Both the position numbers and the translations under genes were made by a program. Under the pieces are notes generated by a model. The model made no database searches, had not been told where the DNA came from, and saw only the letters and a list, made by a program, of their open reading frames with translations. From Candidatus Ratteibacteria bacterium (GTDB lineage Bacteria > Ratteibacteria > UBA8468 > B48-G9 > JAFGKM01), in the NCBI GenBank assembly GCA_046296715.1, contig JBKBIN010000005.1, positions 3,621 to 67,620 of the forward strand: 64,000 nt of DNA, in the 5' to 3' direction. Positions 55,967 through 64,000 of this stretch are shown here, piece by piece. The stretch's first letter is position 1, and every line of letters starts with the position of its first letter.

Positions 55967-56736
55967 AAAAAATTTTCCAAGAGATTGGCAGTAAATTCAT
56001 ACTCCTCCTTAAATACATTGGTTCACTTTCCATTCTTATTTCCTCTTCCTCAAAAAAAATGTTTAAAGTTAAGAAAAAAGAAGATGTTGTTAAATATATA
56101 AATGAAATTGGCACAAACTCATTATTTCTTGTTGAAATAATTGCTTTTTTTACTGGAATGGTTCTTGTTATGGAAACAGTTCATACACTTAAAAAATTTG
56201 GTGCAGAAATGTATTCAGGTGGCCTTGTAGCCATTTCAATGATTAGAGAACTTGGTCCTGTTCTGATTGCTTTAATTGTTGCTGGAAGAGTTGGTGCTTC
56301 AATTGCTGCTGAAATTGGAGTTATGAAGATTACAGAACAGATAGACGCTTTACAGGTTATGGCAGTTGATCCTGTAACTTATCTTGTTAGTCCAAGAGTT
56401 ATTGCTGGAATAATATCATTACCATCTCTTTTTATTATAAGTTTTTTTATCTCAATTATTGGGGGTTTTTTTGTAGGTGTTTTTATGGTTGGTATTCCCT
56501 CAGGTGTCTATTTATATCAGAGTTTTAAATATGTAAATATTAAAGATTTTCTTATAGGGATTTTGAAGGTCTTTGTTTTTGCAGTTATAATAATAAATGT
56601 TTCTGCATATGAAGGACTTAATGCTTATGGAGGAGCAGAAGGAGTAGGAAGGGCTTCAACAAATGCTGTTGTAACCTCATTTTTTCTAATTATTCTTGCA
56701 AACCTAATTATAACTGGTCTTTTCTATTTTGTATAA
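55963..56736 (+). CDS. mlaE: MlaE-family ABC transporter permease
   Basis: 257 aa with the conserved RELGPVLIALIVAGRVGASIAAEIG..M..TEQIDAL block. Confidence 0.85.
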   Translation: MKKIFQEIGSKFILLLKYIGSLSILISSSSKKMFKVKKKEDVVKYINEIGTNSLFLVEIIAFFTGMVLVMETVHTLKKFGAEMYSGGLVAISMIRELGPVLIALIVAGRVGASIAAEIGVMKITEQIDALQVMAVDPVTYLVSPRVIAGIISLPSLFIISFFISIIGGFFVGVFMVGIPSGVYLYQSFKYVNIKDFLIGILKVFVFAVIIINVSAYEGLNAYGGAEGVGRASTNAVVTSFFLIILANLIITGLFYFV

Positions 56737-56737
56737 A

Positions 56738-57478
56738 ATGGAAAGAATAATTTCTGTTAAAGATTTAAGTGTAAAGATTGGGGATAAAGAAGTTTTAAAA
56801 GATATAAATTTTGAGGTTGAAAAGGGAGAGTCAGTTGTTATAGTTGGTCCTTCTGGATGTGGTAAAACGATTCTGGCAAAGACAATTCTTGGGATAATAA
56901 AACCATATAAAGGAGAAATTTATATTTTTGGACAGAATATATTAAATTTGAAAGAGGAAGAGTTAAAAAAAATAAGAGGGAAGATAGGTATGGTATTTCA
57001 AAATTCTGCTTTATTTGATTCTTTAAGTGTTTGGGAAAATGTCGGCTTTTATTATCTTTATCATACAGATAAAAGCAAAGAGGAAATAAAAAGTTATGCA
57101 ATTGAAATTTTAAAATCACTTGGACTTGATGAAAGTGTTTCTGATATGATGCCTGAGCAATTAAGTGGAGGGATGAAAAAGAGAGTATCAATTGCAAGAG
57201 CTTTAATTTCAAAACCAGAGATAATATTTTATGATGAACCAACAACCGGACTTGATCCTATAACAAGTGAAAATCTAACACTCTTAATAAAAAGAATACA
57301 TCAGGAATTTAATACAACTGATATAACTATAACACATGATGTAAAACTTGCAAGTAAAATAGGAGAAAAATTGATTTTAATTGACCAAGGGAAAATAGTT
57401 GAAATTGGGACATATGAAGAATTAAGAGAAAAAAGTAAGCATCCTATAATAAGAAGTTATGTTGAAATGGGAGGATAA
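56738..57478 (+). CDS. mlaF: MlaF-like ABC transporter ATP-binding protein
   Basis: Walker A GPSGCGKT, signature LSGGMKKR, Walker B IIFYDEPT. I prefer the ATG at 56738. Confidence 0.85.
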   Translation: MERIISVKDLSVKIGDKEVLKDINFEVEKGESVVIVGPSGCGKTILAKTILGIIKPYKGEIYIFGQNILNLKEEELKKIRGKIGMVFQNSALFDSLSVWENVGFYYLYHTDKSKEEIKSYAIEILKSLGLDESVSDMMPEQLSGGMKKRVSIARALISKPEIIFYDEPTTGLDPITSENLTLLIKRIHQEFNTTDITITHDVKLASKIGEKLILIDQGKIVEIGTYEELREKSKHPIIRSYVEMGG

Positions 57479-57479
57479 A

Positions 57480-58613
57480 ATGGAAAAAAGAACAACTGAA
57501 CTAAAAGTTGGGATTTTAGTTTTTGCTGCTATTATAGGTGTTATCGCTTTTATCTTTACTCAGACAAGGATAGGTAAATGGACTGGTTATGAAATAGGAG
57601 TTTTGTTTGATTATGTTAGTGGACTTGAAATAGGTAGTCCAGTAAGAGTAAGTGGAGTAAGAGTTGGAGAAGTAAAAAAAATTGAAATATTATATGAAGA
57701 AAAACCCAAAGTTTTGGTTAAGTTAAAAATAAATCCAACAGTAAGAATAAGTAAAAATAGTAGATTTACAATTAAAACACTTGGGATAATAGGAGAAAAA
57801 TATATAGAGATATTTCCTTCAACTGGGAAAGATTTTGTAAAAAGAGGAGAGATAGTTGAAGGCGAAAATCCTTTATCAGTTGATAAGATTGCAAATATGG
57901 GAGAAGAGATACTTATAAATTTGAATAAGATATTGTCAGATGTAAGAGAAATAACAGGTGATAAGGAAGTAAAGTTCTGGATAAAAGAAATACTTGCAGA
58001 TTCTAAAAATACTATAGAAAAAATAAACAATTCTTTTGAAAAGATAGACCAACTTGCAGACGGACTTTCAAAAACAAACCAAAATTTAAATTCTTTTATT
58101 GAAGAGAACTCTCCAACTATTAAAAAAGTCATAGAAGATACCGATTCATTTCTTGTATCTGGGAAAAAAGAAATGGAAGAGACAATGAGAGATATAAGAA
58201 ATTTCCTTACTATTAAAGATAGAGCAGATACTCTTCTTTCAAGTTTTACAGACACATCTTATGAGATTAAAAATGCTTCCTTAGAGTTTAAAAACACATC
58301 TTTACAAATAAAAGAATTTTTTGAGAAAATTGAAAAAGAAGGACTTATAGCAAAGATTATGAAAGAAGAACAAATGGTAGATGATATTAAAAAAGAAATA
58401 GAAATTTTGAAAGAAACGACTGTGAAAATTAAAGATGCATCTGAAAAGTTAAGTTCAACATTAGAAAATATGAATACAATTTTAATAGAATTAAAAACAG
58501 GCAAGGGAAGTATAAGTAAATTTTTATATAGCGATGAACTTTATAATGAAGTTTTAAACTTTGTTAAAGAAATAAGAGAAAATCCTTGGAAACTATTTTT
58601 TAGGAGAAGATGA
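57480..58613 (+). CDS. mlaD: MlaD/MCE-domain protein with a long C-terminal coiled-coil extension
   Basis: N-terminal TM plus an MCE domain (GLEIGSPVRVSGVRVGEV), then ~230 aa of helical, heptad-like sequence. The ATG at 57480 follows GGAGG. Confidence 0.8.
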   Translation: MEKRTTELKVGILVFAAIIGVIAFIFTQTRIGKWTGYEIGVLFDYVSGLEIGSPVRVSGVRVGEVKKIEILYEEKPKVLVKLKINPTVRISKNSRFTIKTLGIIGEKYIEIFPSTGKDFVKRGEIVEGENPLSVDKIANMGEEILINLNKILSDVREITGDKEVKFWIKEILADSKNTIEKINNSFEKIDQLADGLSKTNQNLNSFIEENSPTIKKVIEDTDSFLVSGKKEMEETMRDIRNFLTIKDRADTLLSSFTDTSYEIKNASLEFKNTSLQIKEFFEKIEKEGLIAKIMKEEQMVDDIKKEIEILKETTVKIKDASEKLSSTLENMNTILIELKTGKGSISKFLYSDELYNEVLNFVKEIRENPWKLFFRRR

Positions 58614-59962
58614 AAAAAGAAAAAAGTATTTTTGTTTGTTCAGAATGTGGATATCAGTCAGTTAAACCACTTGGAAGATGTCCAAATTGTAATCAGTGGA
58701 ATACTTTTATAGAAGAATTTTATACTTTACCTGAAAGATTTGAAACTAAGGAGATGATTTATCCAAAGAAATTATCAGAAATTGAATTTGAAGAAAAAGC
58801 AAGAATAAAAACAGGGATTGAAGAATTTGATAGAGTTCTTGGTGGTGGAATTGTTAAAAAAAGTTATATTCTTATTTCAGGAGAACCAGGGGTAGGGAAA
58901 TCAACTTTACTATTATCCGTGTGTGGAAATTTAGCCAAAAATGGTTATAAAGTTCTTTATATAAGTGGTGAGGAATCAGAAAGTCAGATAAAAATGAGGA
59001 GTAAACGGCTTGGCATTGATACAGATCTAATTTATTTATTAACAACTTCTGAAATAAATACAATTAAAAAAGGGCTTGAAAAAATAAAACCTGATTTTAT
59101 AGTTGTAGATTCAATTCAAACTGTTTATAACCCAGATATTCCAACAATCCCAGGTTCAGTTACACAGGTAAGAGAAAATGCAAATTTTTTTATGAGATAT
59201 ACGAAGAATAATGATTGTTCTACCTTTCTTGTAGGACATATAACAAAAGAAGGAGTTGTCGCTGGGCCAAAAATCCTTGAGCATATTGTTGATGCTGTAA
59301 TTTATTTTGAAGGAGACATAAGGACAAACTTAAGGATATTGAGAAATATAAAAAATAGATTTGGTTCAACAAATGAAATAGGGGTTTTTTCAATGGAAGA
59401 AAGTGGTTTAAAAGAAGTTCCAGATGCTTCTATGCTTTTTATTCAGGATATAGAGAAAAATCTTCCAGGTAGAACTATATTTCCGACAATTGAAGGAACA
59501 AGGACAATTCTTGTTGAAATAGAAGGACTTGTAACTCCGACATATTATGGTGTCCCAAGGAGAACAGTTTCAGGAGTTGACTATAATAGAGTTTCATTAA
59601 TAATTGCAGTTCTTGAGAAAAAATTAAAATTAAATTTTAATACATATGATGTTTATGTAAATGTTGGTGGAGGAATGAAAATAAATGAAGTTGGTTCAGA
59701 TTTAGCAATTAGTATTTCTTGTGTATCTTCTTTAAAAGATATTCCACCTATTAAAAATACTGTCTTAATAGGAGAAATTGGACTAACAGGAGAAATAAGA
59801 GGTGTTGAAAATATAAATTTAAGATTAAGAGAGTGTGAACGACTTGGAATTGAAAAGGCAATAATACCTGAAAAAAATAAAAATGATATTTCTGTTAAAA
59901 ATATAAAAATATATCCTGTTCGTTTTTTATATCAGGCATTGGAGATAGCACTTAATCTTTAA
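58610..59962 (+). CDS. radA: DNA repair protein RadA
   Basis: Zinc finger CSECGY..CPNC, Walker A GEPGVGKST, KNRFG motif, and a Lon-like C-terminal domain. Confidence 0.95.
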   Translation: MKKEKSIFVCSECGYQSVKPLGRCPNCNQWNTFIEEFYTLPERFETKEMIYPKKLSEIEFEEKARIKTGIEEFDRVLGGGIVKKSYILISGEPGVGKSTLLLSVCGNLAKNGYKVLYISGEESESQIKMRSKRLGIDTDLIYLLTTSEINTIKKGLEKIKPDFIVVDSIQTVYNPDIPTIPGSVTQVRENANFFMRYTKNNDCSTFLVGHITKEGVVAGPKILEHIVDAVIYFEGDIRTNLRILRNIKNRFGSTNEIGVFSMEESGLKEVPDASMLFIQDIEKNLPGRTIFPTIEGTRTILVEIEGLVTPTYYGVPRRTVSGVDYNRVSLIIAVLEKKLKLNFNTYDVYVNVGGGMKINEVGSDLAISISCVSSLKDIPPIKNTVLIGEIGLTGEIRGVENINLRLRECERLGIEKAIIPEKNKNDISVKNIKIYPVRFLYQALEIALNL

Positions 59963-60028
59963 TTTAACTTCATTATAGATAGTTTAGAATTTCCAATCTT
60001 TTCATAATGGGATTATAATATTTAAAAA

Positions 60029-60110
60029 GCGAGGGTGGCGGAGATGGCAGACGCGCTGGACTTAGGATCCAGTGGGGAAACCCGTGAGGGTTCAAATCCC
60101 TCCCCTCGCA
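60029..60110 (+). tRNA. tRNA-Leu (anticodon UAG)
   Basis: Acceptor GCGAGGG/CCCTCGC, anticodon arm CTGGA-CTTAGGA-TCCAG, long variable arm, T arm GAGGG-TTCAAAT-CCCTC. Confidence 0.9.
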
Positions 60111-60159
60111 TTTTGTTTTGTAAGTAAGATGAATTTAGAATAAAAGGAAGGAGGAAAAA

Positions 60160-62544
60160 ATGAGGCAGATTATTTATTTAAAATATGGATGGAAGTTTAA
60201 AAAGGGAGATTTTCCTGATGCGATAAATTTTGATTTTGATGATTCTGACTGGGAAGAGATAAGAGTTCCACATGATTGGGCAATAAAAGGTCCATTTTCA
60301 CCAGAAAATGATAAAAGAATGCATAAAAGGATAATAGATGGAAAAGAAGAGATTATTTATTCTACAGGAGTTACTGGTGGACTTCCAATTGATGGTATAG
60401 GATGGTATAGGAGAAAAATTGAACTTAAAAATATTAAAGAAAAAAGAATAAGAATTGAATTTGATGGTGTTATGAGTAATAGCCAAGTTTATTGTAATGG
60501 TATTTTTGTTGGAAGTTGGCCATATGGATATTCTTCTTTTGCATTTGATATAACTGATTTTGTAAAAGAAGGAGAAAATTTAATCGCAGTTAGAGTTGAT
60601 AATAAACCAAATGCTTCAAGATGGTATCCAGGAGCAGGTATTTATAGGAATGTTCGTATTGTTATATTAAATCCTATCCATATTTCATTGTGGGGAACAT
60701 ATATTAAAACAATAGATATTGACGAAAGACAAGCAAAGATATATATCAAGACAGAGATTGAAAATTATTTGATTAAAGATAAATATATTGAACTTGAAAC
60801 TAAAATATTATCACCAGAAGGGAAAGAAGTAGTAATAGAAAGCACTAAAAAGCAAATTGGTATTGAAGGTTTTTTTGAACAGGAAATTTTTATTGAAAAT
60901 CCTTTATTATGGTCAATTGAAAATCCTAATTTATATAAAGCATGTTCAAGTTTAAAATTAGATGGTCAACTGGTTGATTATTATGAGACAATTTTCGGTA
61001 TAAGAGAAATTTATTTTGATTCTGAAAAGGGGTTCTTTTTAAATGGAAAACCAGTTAAGTTTAAAGGTGTGTGTCTACATCATGACCTTGGGCCACTTGG
61101 AACTGCAGTAAATAAAGCAGCAATAAAAAGGCAACTAACAATACTTAAAGAAATGGGAGCAAATGCAATAAGGACAAGTCATAATCCACCGGCACCTGAA
61201 CTTCTTGATCTTTGTGATGAGATGGGTTTTCTTGTAATTGATGAGGCGTTTGATGAATGGAAGATACCAAAATGTGAGAATGGATATAATAAATTTTTTG
61301 ATGAATGGGCAGAAAAGGATTTAAGGAGTATGATAAGAAGGGATAGAAATCATCCATCTGTAATTATGTGGAGTATTGGAAATGAAATACCAGAGCAGAA
61401 CGATCCTGTAAATGGACCTAAACTTGCAAAATTTTTACATAATATCTGTAGAGAAGAAGACCCAACAAGACCTACAACAACAGCAATGAATTGGGGAGAA
61501 AATGCTATTAAAAATGGGTTTGCACAAGTTGTTGATATTCCTGGTTGGAATTATCAACCACATTTATATGGGAAATTTCATCAACTTTTACCTAAAAAAC
61601 CTATGTATGCAAGTGAAACTTCTTCCTGTATTAGCACAAGAGGTGAGTATTATTTCCCTGTTGAAGAAGAGATTGATTTAAAAAGACCCAATTTACAAGT
61701 AAATAGTTTTGATTTATCACATCCTATTTGGGCTACAACTCCAGATGTTGAATTTAGAGCACAGGATGAGCATCCTTTTATAATGGGAGAGTTTGTTTGG
61801 ACTGGTTTTGATTACCTTGGAGAGCCAACTCCTTATAATGAAGAATGGCCAAGCAGAAGTTCATATTTTGGGATTGTTGACCTTGCTGGAATACCAAAAG
61901 ACAGATTTTATCTTTATCAAAGTAGATGGGCAAATAAAGGAACTTTACATATAGTCCCACATTGGACACTTCCTGGATATGAAGGTAAACAAATTACCGT
62001 TCAAGTATATAGTAGTTGGGATACTGTTGAAGTTTTTGTAAATGGTGTTTCTTATGGAAAGAAGACAAAACATTCCAGAGGACTTATTAATAGATATAGA
62101 TTGGTCTGGAATGGAGTAATATATGAACCTGGAGAAATTAAGGCAGTTGCTTATGGAAAAAATGGAAAAATTGAAAAAGAAACTATTGTAAAAACTGCAG
62201 GAAAACCAGTAAAAATTAAACTTATTACTGATAAAGGAACTATTAAAGCGGATGGAGAAGATATGGCTTTTGTTAATGTCAAAGTTATAGATGAAAATGG
62301 AAATTTATGTCCATATGCAGATAATTTGATTTATTTTAGTATAAAAGGCCCTGCTGAAATAGTAGGTGTTGACAATGGAAATCCTATATCAACTGAACCA
62401 TTCTGTGCAAATTACAGAAAAGTTTTTAATGGGATGTGTGTTGTTTATATAAGGTCGTTATTGAATAAAAAGGGAGAAATAAAATTGTCTGTCCAATCTG
62501 AAGGACTTATAGGAGATGAAATTGTAATTAAAGCAGAAGGTTAA
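60160..62544 (+). CDS. Glycoside hydrolase family 2 (beta-galactosidase/beta-glucuronidase-like)
   Basis: 794 aa with RTSHNPP, WSIGNE (acid/base region) and the multi-domain GH2 layout. Confidence 0.85.
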   Translation: MRQIIYLKYGWKFKKGDFPDAINFDFDDSDWEEIRVPHDWAIKGPFSPENDKRMHKRIIDGKEEIIYSTGVTGGLPIDGIGWYRRKIELKNIKEKRIRIEFDGVMSNSQVYCNGIFVGSWPYGYSSFAFDITDFVKEGENLIAVRVDNKPNASRWYPGAGIYRNVRIVILNPIHISLWGTYIKTIDIDERQAKIYIKTEIENYLIKDKYIELETKILSPEGKEVVIESTKKQIGIEGFFEQEIFIENPLLWSIENPNLYKACSSLKLDGQLVDYYETIFGIREIYFDSEKGFFLNGKPVKFKGVCLHHDLGPLGTAVNKAAIKRQLTILKEMGANAIRTSHNPPAPELLDLCDEMGFLVIDEAFDEWKIPKCENGYNKFFDEWAEKDLRSMIRRDRNHPSVIMWSIGNEIPEQNDPVNGPKLAKFLHNICREEDPTRPTTTAMNWGENAIKNGFAQVVDIPGWNYQPHLYGKFHQLLPKKPMYASETSSCISTRGEYYFPVEEEIDLKRPNLQVNSFDLSHPIWATTPDVEFRAQDEHPFIMGEFVWTGFDYLGEPTPYNEEWPSRSSYFGIVDLAGIPKDRFYLYQSRWANKGTLHIVPHWTLPGYEGKQITVQVYSSWDTVEVFVNGVSYGKKTKHSRGLINRYRLVWNGVIYEPGEIKAVAYGKNGKIEKETIVKTAGKPVKIKLITDKGTIKADGEDMAFVNVKVIDENGNLCPYADNLIYFSIKGPAEIVGVDNGNPISTEPFCANYRKVFNGMCVVYIRSLLNKKGEIKLSVQSEGLIGDEIVIKAEG

Positions 62545-62547
62545 AGG

Positions 62548-63645
62548 ATGGAAAAAGATTTTGATGTTATTGTTATTGGTGCAGGAGTAATAGGGTTATC
62601 AATTGCTTATGAATTATCAAAAAAATACTCAGTTGGTTTGATTGAGAAAAATAAAAAATATGGACTTGAGACAAGTTCAAGAAATAGTGAAGTTATACAT
62701 TCAGGAATACATTATCCAACTGGTTCATTAAAAGCAAAGTTGTGTGTTCAAGGAAATGAATTAATTTATGAATTTTTAAAAGAAAACAATCTTATTTATA
62801 AAAAAACAGGAAAATTGACAGTTGCAGTAGAACCAAATGAAATAGAAGAGATAGAAAGATTATATAAGCAAGGGATAGAAAATGGAGTTTGTGATATTAG
62901 AATAATTGAGAAGAAAGAAATAAAAAATTTTGCACCTGAAATTGAAGGAATTTGTGCTTTATATACTGGTTCAACAGGAATTTTAAATGTTCATAATTTA
63001 ATGGATTGTTTATATGAAAAATTTCTAAATAATGGTGGAATTGCTGGTTTTGATGAAAAGGTTATAAATATTGTGAAGAAAAATGGAAATTGGATTGTAG
63101 AAACAGAAAAAAGTAAATATTTTTCAGAGATAGTAATAAACTGTGCAGGCCTATATGCAGAAGAAATTTCAAAAAAACTTGGTTTTAATTATGAAATTTT
63201 CTGGGTAAAAGGTGATTATTTTACGATTTCAAAAAAATTTAGTATTCCTTTACTTATTTACCCAGTTCCAATGAAAGAAGGGCTTGGAATACATTTAACA
63301 CCAAGATTTGATGGAATTTTAAGGGCAGGACCTGATGTAGAGTATGTTGAAAAAAAATATCCACCATATCCTACTGAAAAGGAAAATTCAATATTTAAAG
63401 TTGATGAAAATAAAAAGGAATTTTTTTACAATCATATTAAAAAGTTTATTCCATTAATTGAAATAGACGATTTAATCCCAGAAAGTTATGGTATAAGACC
63501 GAAATTACAAAAAGAAGGTGGAGAATTTAAAGATTTTATTATAAAACAAGAAGTCCCTGGCTTTATAAACTTAATAGGGATAGATTCTCCTGGATTAACT
63601 TCTTGTCTTTCAATTGCTAAATATGTAAAAGATCTTATTTTCTGA
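62548..63645 (+). CDS. FAD-dependent oxidoreductase (DAO family, L-2-hydroxyglutarate oxidase-like)
   Basis: DVIVIGAGVIGLS dinucleotide motif; 365 aa. Confidence 0.65.
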   Translation: MEKDFDVIVIGAGVIGLSIAYELSKKYSVGLIEKNKKYGLETSSRNSEVIHSGIHYPTGSLKAKLCVQGNELIYEFLKENNLIYKKTGKLTVAVEPNEIEEIERLYKQGIENGVCDIRIIEKKEIKNFAPEIEGICALYTGSTGILNVHNLMDCLYEKFLNNGGIAGFDEKVINIVKKNGNWIVETEKSKYFSEIVINCAGLYAEEISKKLGFNYEIFWVKGDYFTISKKFSIPLLIYPVPMKEGLGIHLTPRFDGILRAGPDVEYVEKKYPPYPTEKENSIFKVDENKKEFFYNHIKKFIPLIEIDDLIPESYGIRPKLQKEGGEFKDFIIKQEVPGFINLIGIDSPGLTSCLSIAKYVKDLIF

Positions 63646-64000
63646 AAATAACAGATACCCCTGACAAAATAAGAATAAGTGAAAATGCTTTTCTTAAATT
63701 TTTTTTAGGAAGGTTTATACTAATTTTAGCACCGATTTGAGCACCTATAACTGAAGTTAAAGAAAGTAATAAACCAATTTTTATATTTATAAGGTCTCTA
63801 ATTATGTATGCAATACTTCCTGAAATAGAATTAAAAAGTATCGCTATAAGTGCTGTTCCAATTGCATAATGTATTGAAATTTTAAGAAATATATAAAGTA
63901 AAGGAATAATTAAAACTGCACCACCAACACCACAAAGCCCTGATACAAAACCAGAAAAAAAACCAATTAAGATTCCTACTAATTTATTATATGAAATTGT
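63635..64000 (-). CDS. TauE/SafE-family membrane transporter, partial (N-terminus beyond the window end)
   Basis: Manual minus-strand translation gives ...GILIGFFSGFVSGLCGVGGAVLIIPLLYIFLKISIHYAIGTALIAILFNSISGSIAY...GAQIGAKISINLPKKNLRKAFSLILILSGVSVIFRK with the stop at 63635-63637. It converges on the previous gene with an 11-nt overlap. Confidence 0.65.
   Translation of the reverse strand, partial: TISYNKLVGILIGFFSGFVSGLCGVGGAVLIIPLLYIFLKISIHYAIGTALIAILFNSISGSIAYIIRDLINIKIGLLLSLTSVIGAQIGAKISINLPKKNLRKAFSLILILSGVSVIFRK

Noticed and set aside
57611-58255. 214-aa minus-strand ORF inside mlaD, together with similar antisense ORFs at 50579-50959, 50978-51313, 9841-10176 and 27183-27536
   Set aside because: These are antisense to confidently identified genes. 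Their Ser/Phe/Ile-rich low-complexity translations are typical of the reverse frame of Lys/Glu-rich AT-rich genes.
1-64000. Scan for CRISPR arrays, IS elements, integrases, prophage genes, toxin-antitoxin pairs and rRNA
   Set aside because: I saw no regularly spaced direct repeats. No transposase, integrase or phage-like ORFs appear in the ORF track or in my reading of the gaps, and no rRNA-like GC-rich stretches are present. The only repeat structures found are those reported above.

Overview
This is a strongly AT-rich, gene-dense bacterial chromosomal window (about 70 protein genes, 4 tRNAs). I saw no rRNA, CRISPR array, transposase or integrase. Standard code 11 fits, and many genes have AGGAGG-type Shine-Dalgarno (SD) sites.

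Gene content points to a diderm, probably uncultivated, glycan-degrading bacterium. I cannot assign a phylum from sequence alone.
- Envelope: lpxB, msbA-like, gmhA, hldC, hldD, mlaEFD, an AsmA-like gene and a GldA/F/G-like ABC system.
- Housekeeping blocks: dnaG-rpoD, rpsF-ssb-rpsR-rplI-dnaB, radA, ftsH, folE, thiE, nadE, lepB, HU, csp and mtaB.
- Glycan-related genes: GH2, GH4, a GH5-like gene, a sulfatase, a beta-helix lipoprotein, sugar-phosphate isomerase-like TIM barrels, a Gfo/Idh/MocA oxidoreductase and an MFS transporter.

Observations most worth a second look:
1. A perfect 49-bp direct repeat of the tRNA-Arg(CCU) 3' end brackets a 137-bp GC-rich, hairpin-dense insert (48093-48327).
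2. A ~70-nt GC-enriched intergenic element occurs twice (26546-26618 and 39198-39265), with an apparently compensatory stem change.
3. A minus-strand operon encodes a PHP phosphoesterase, a 53-aa YHS/TRASH protein missed by the ORF track, and a DEDDh exonuclease fused to a WYL-like domain.
4. A tightly overlapping, functionally heterogeneous operon runs GYD / LplA-like / TIM barrel / HAD::PurM-like fusion / CheY / DRG-like GTPase.
5. An orphan 618-aa membrane protein sits directly upstream of nikR.
6. Two genes are broken at homopolymer runs (T10 and T8).

All functional calls come from motif and family recognition by eye. No database search was run.
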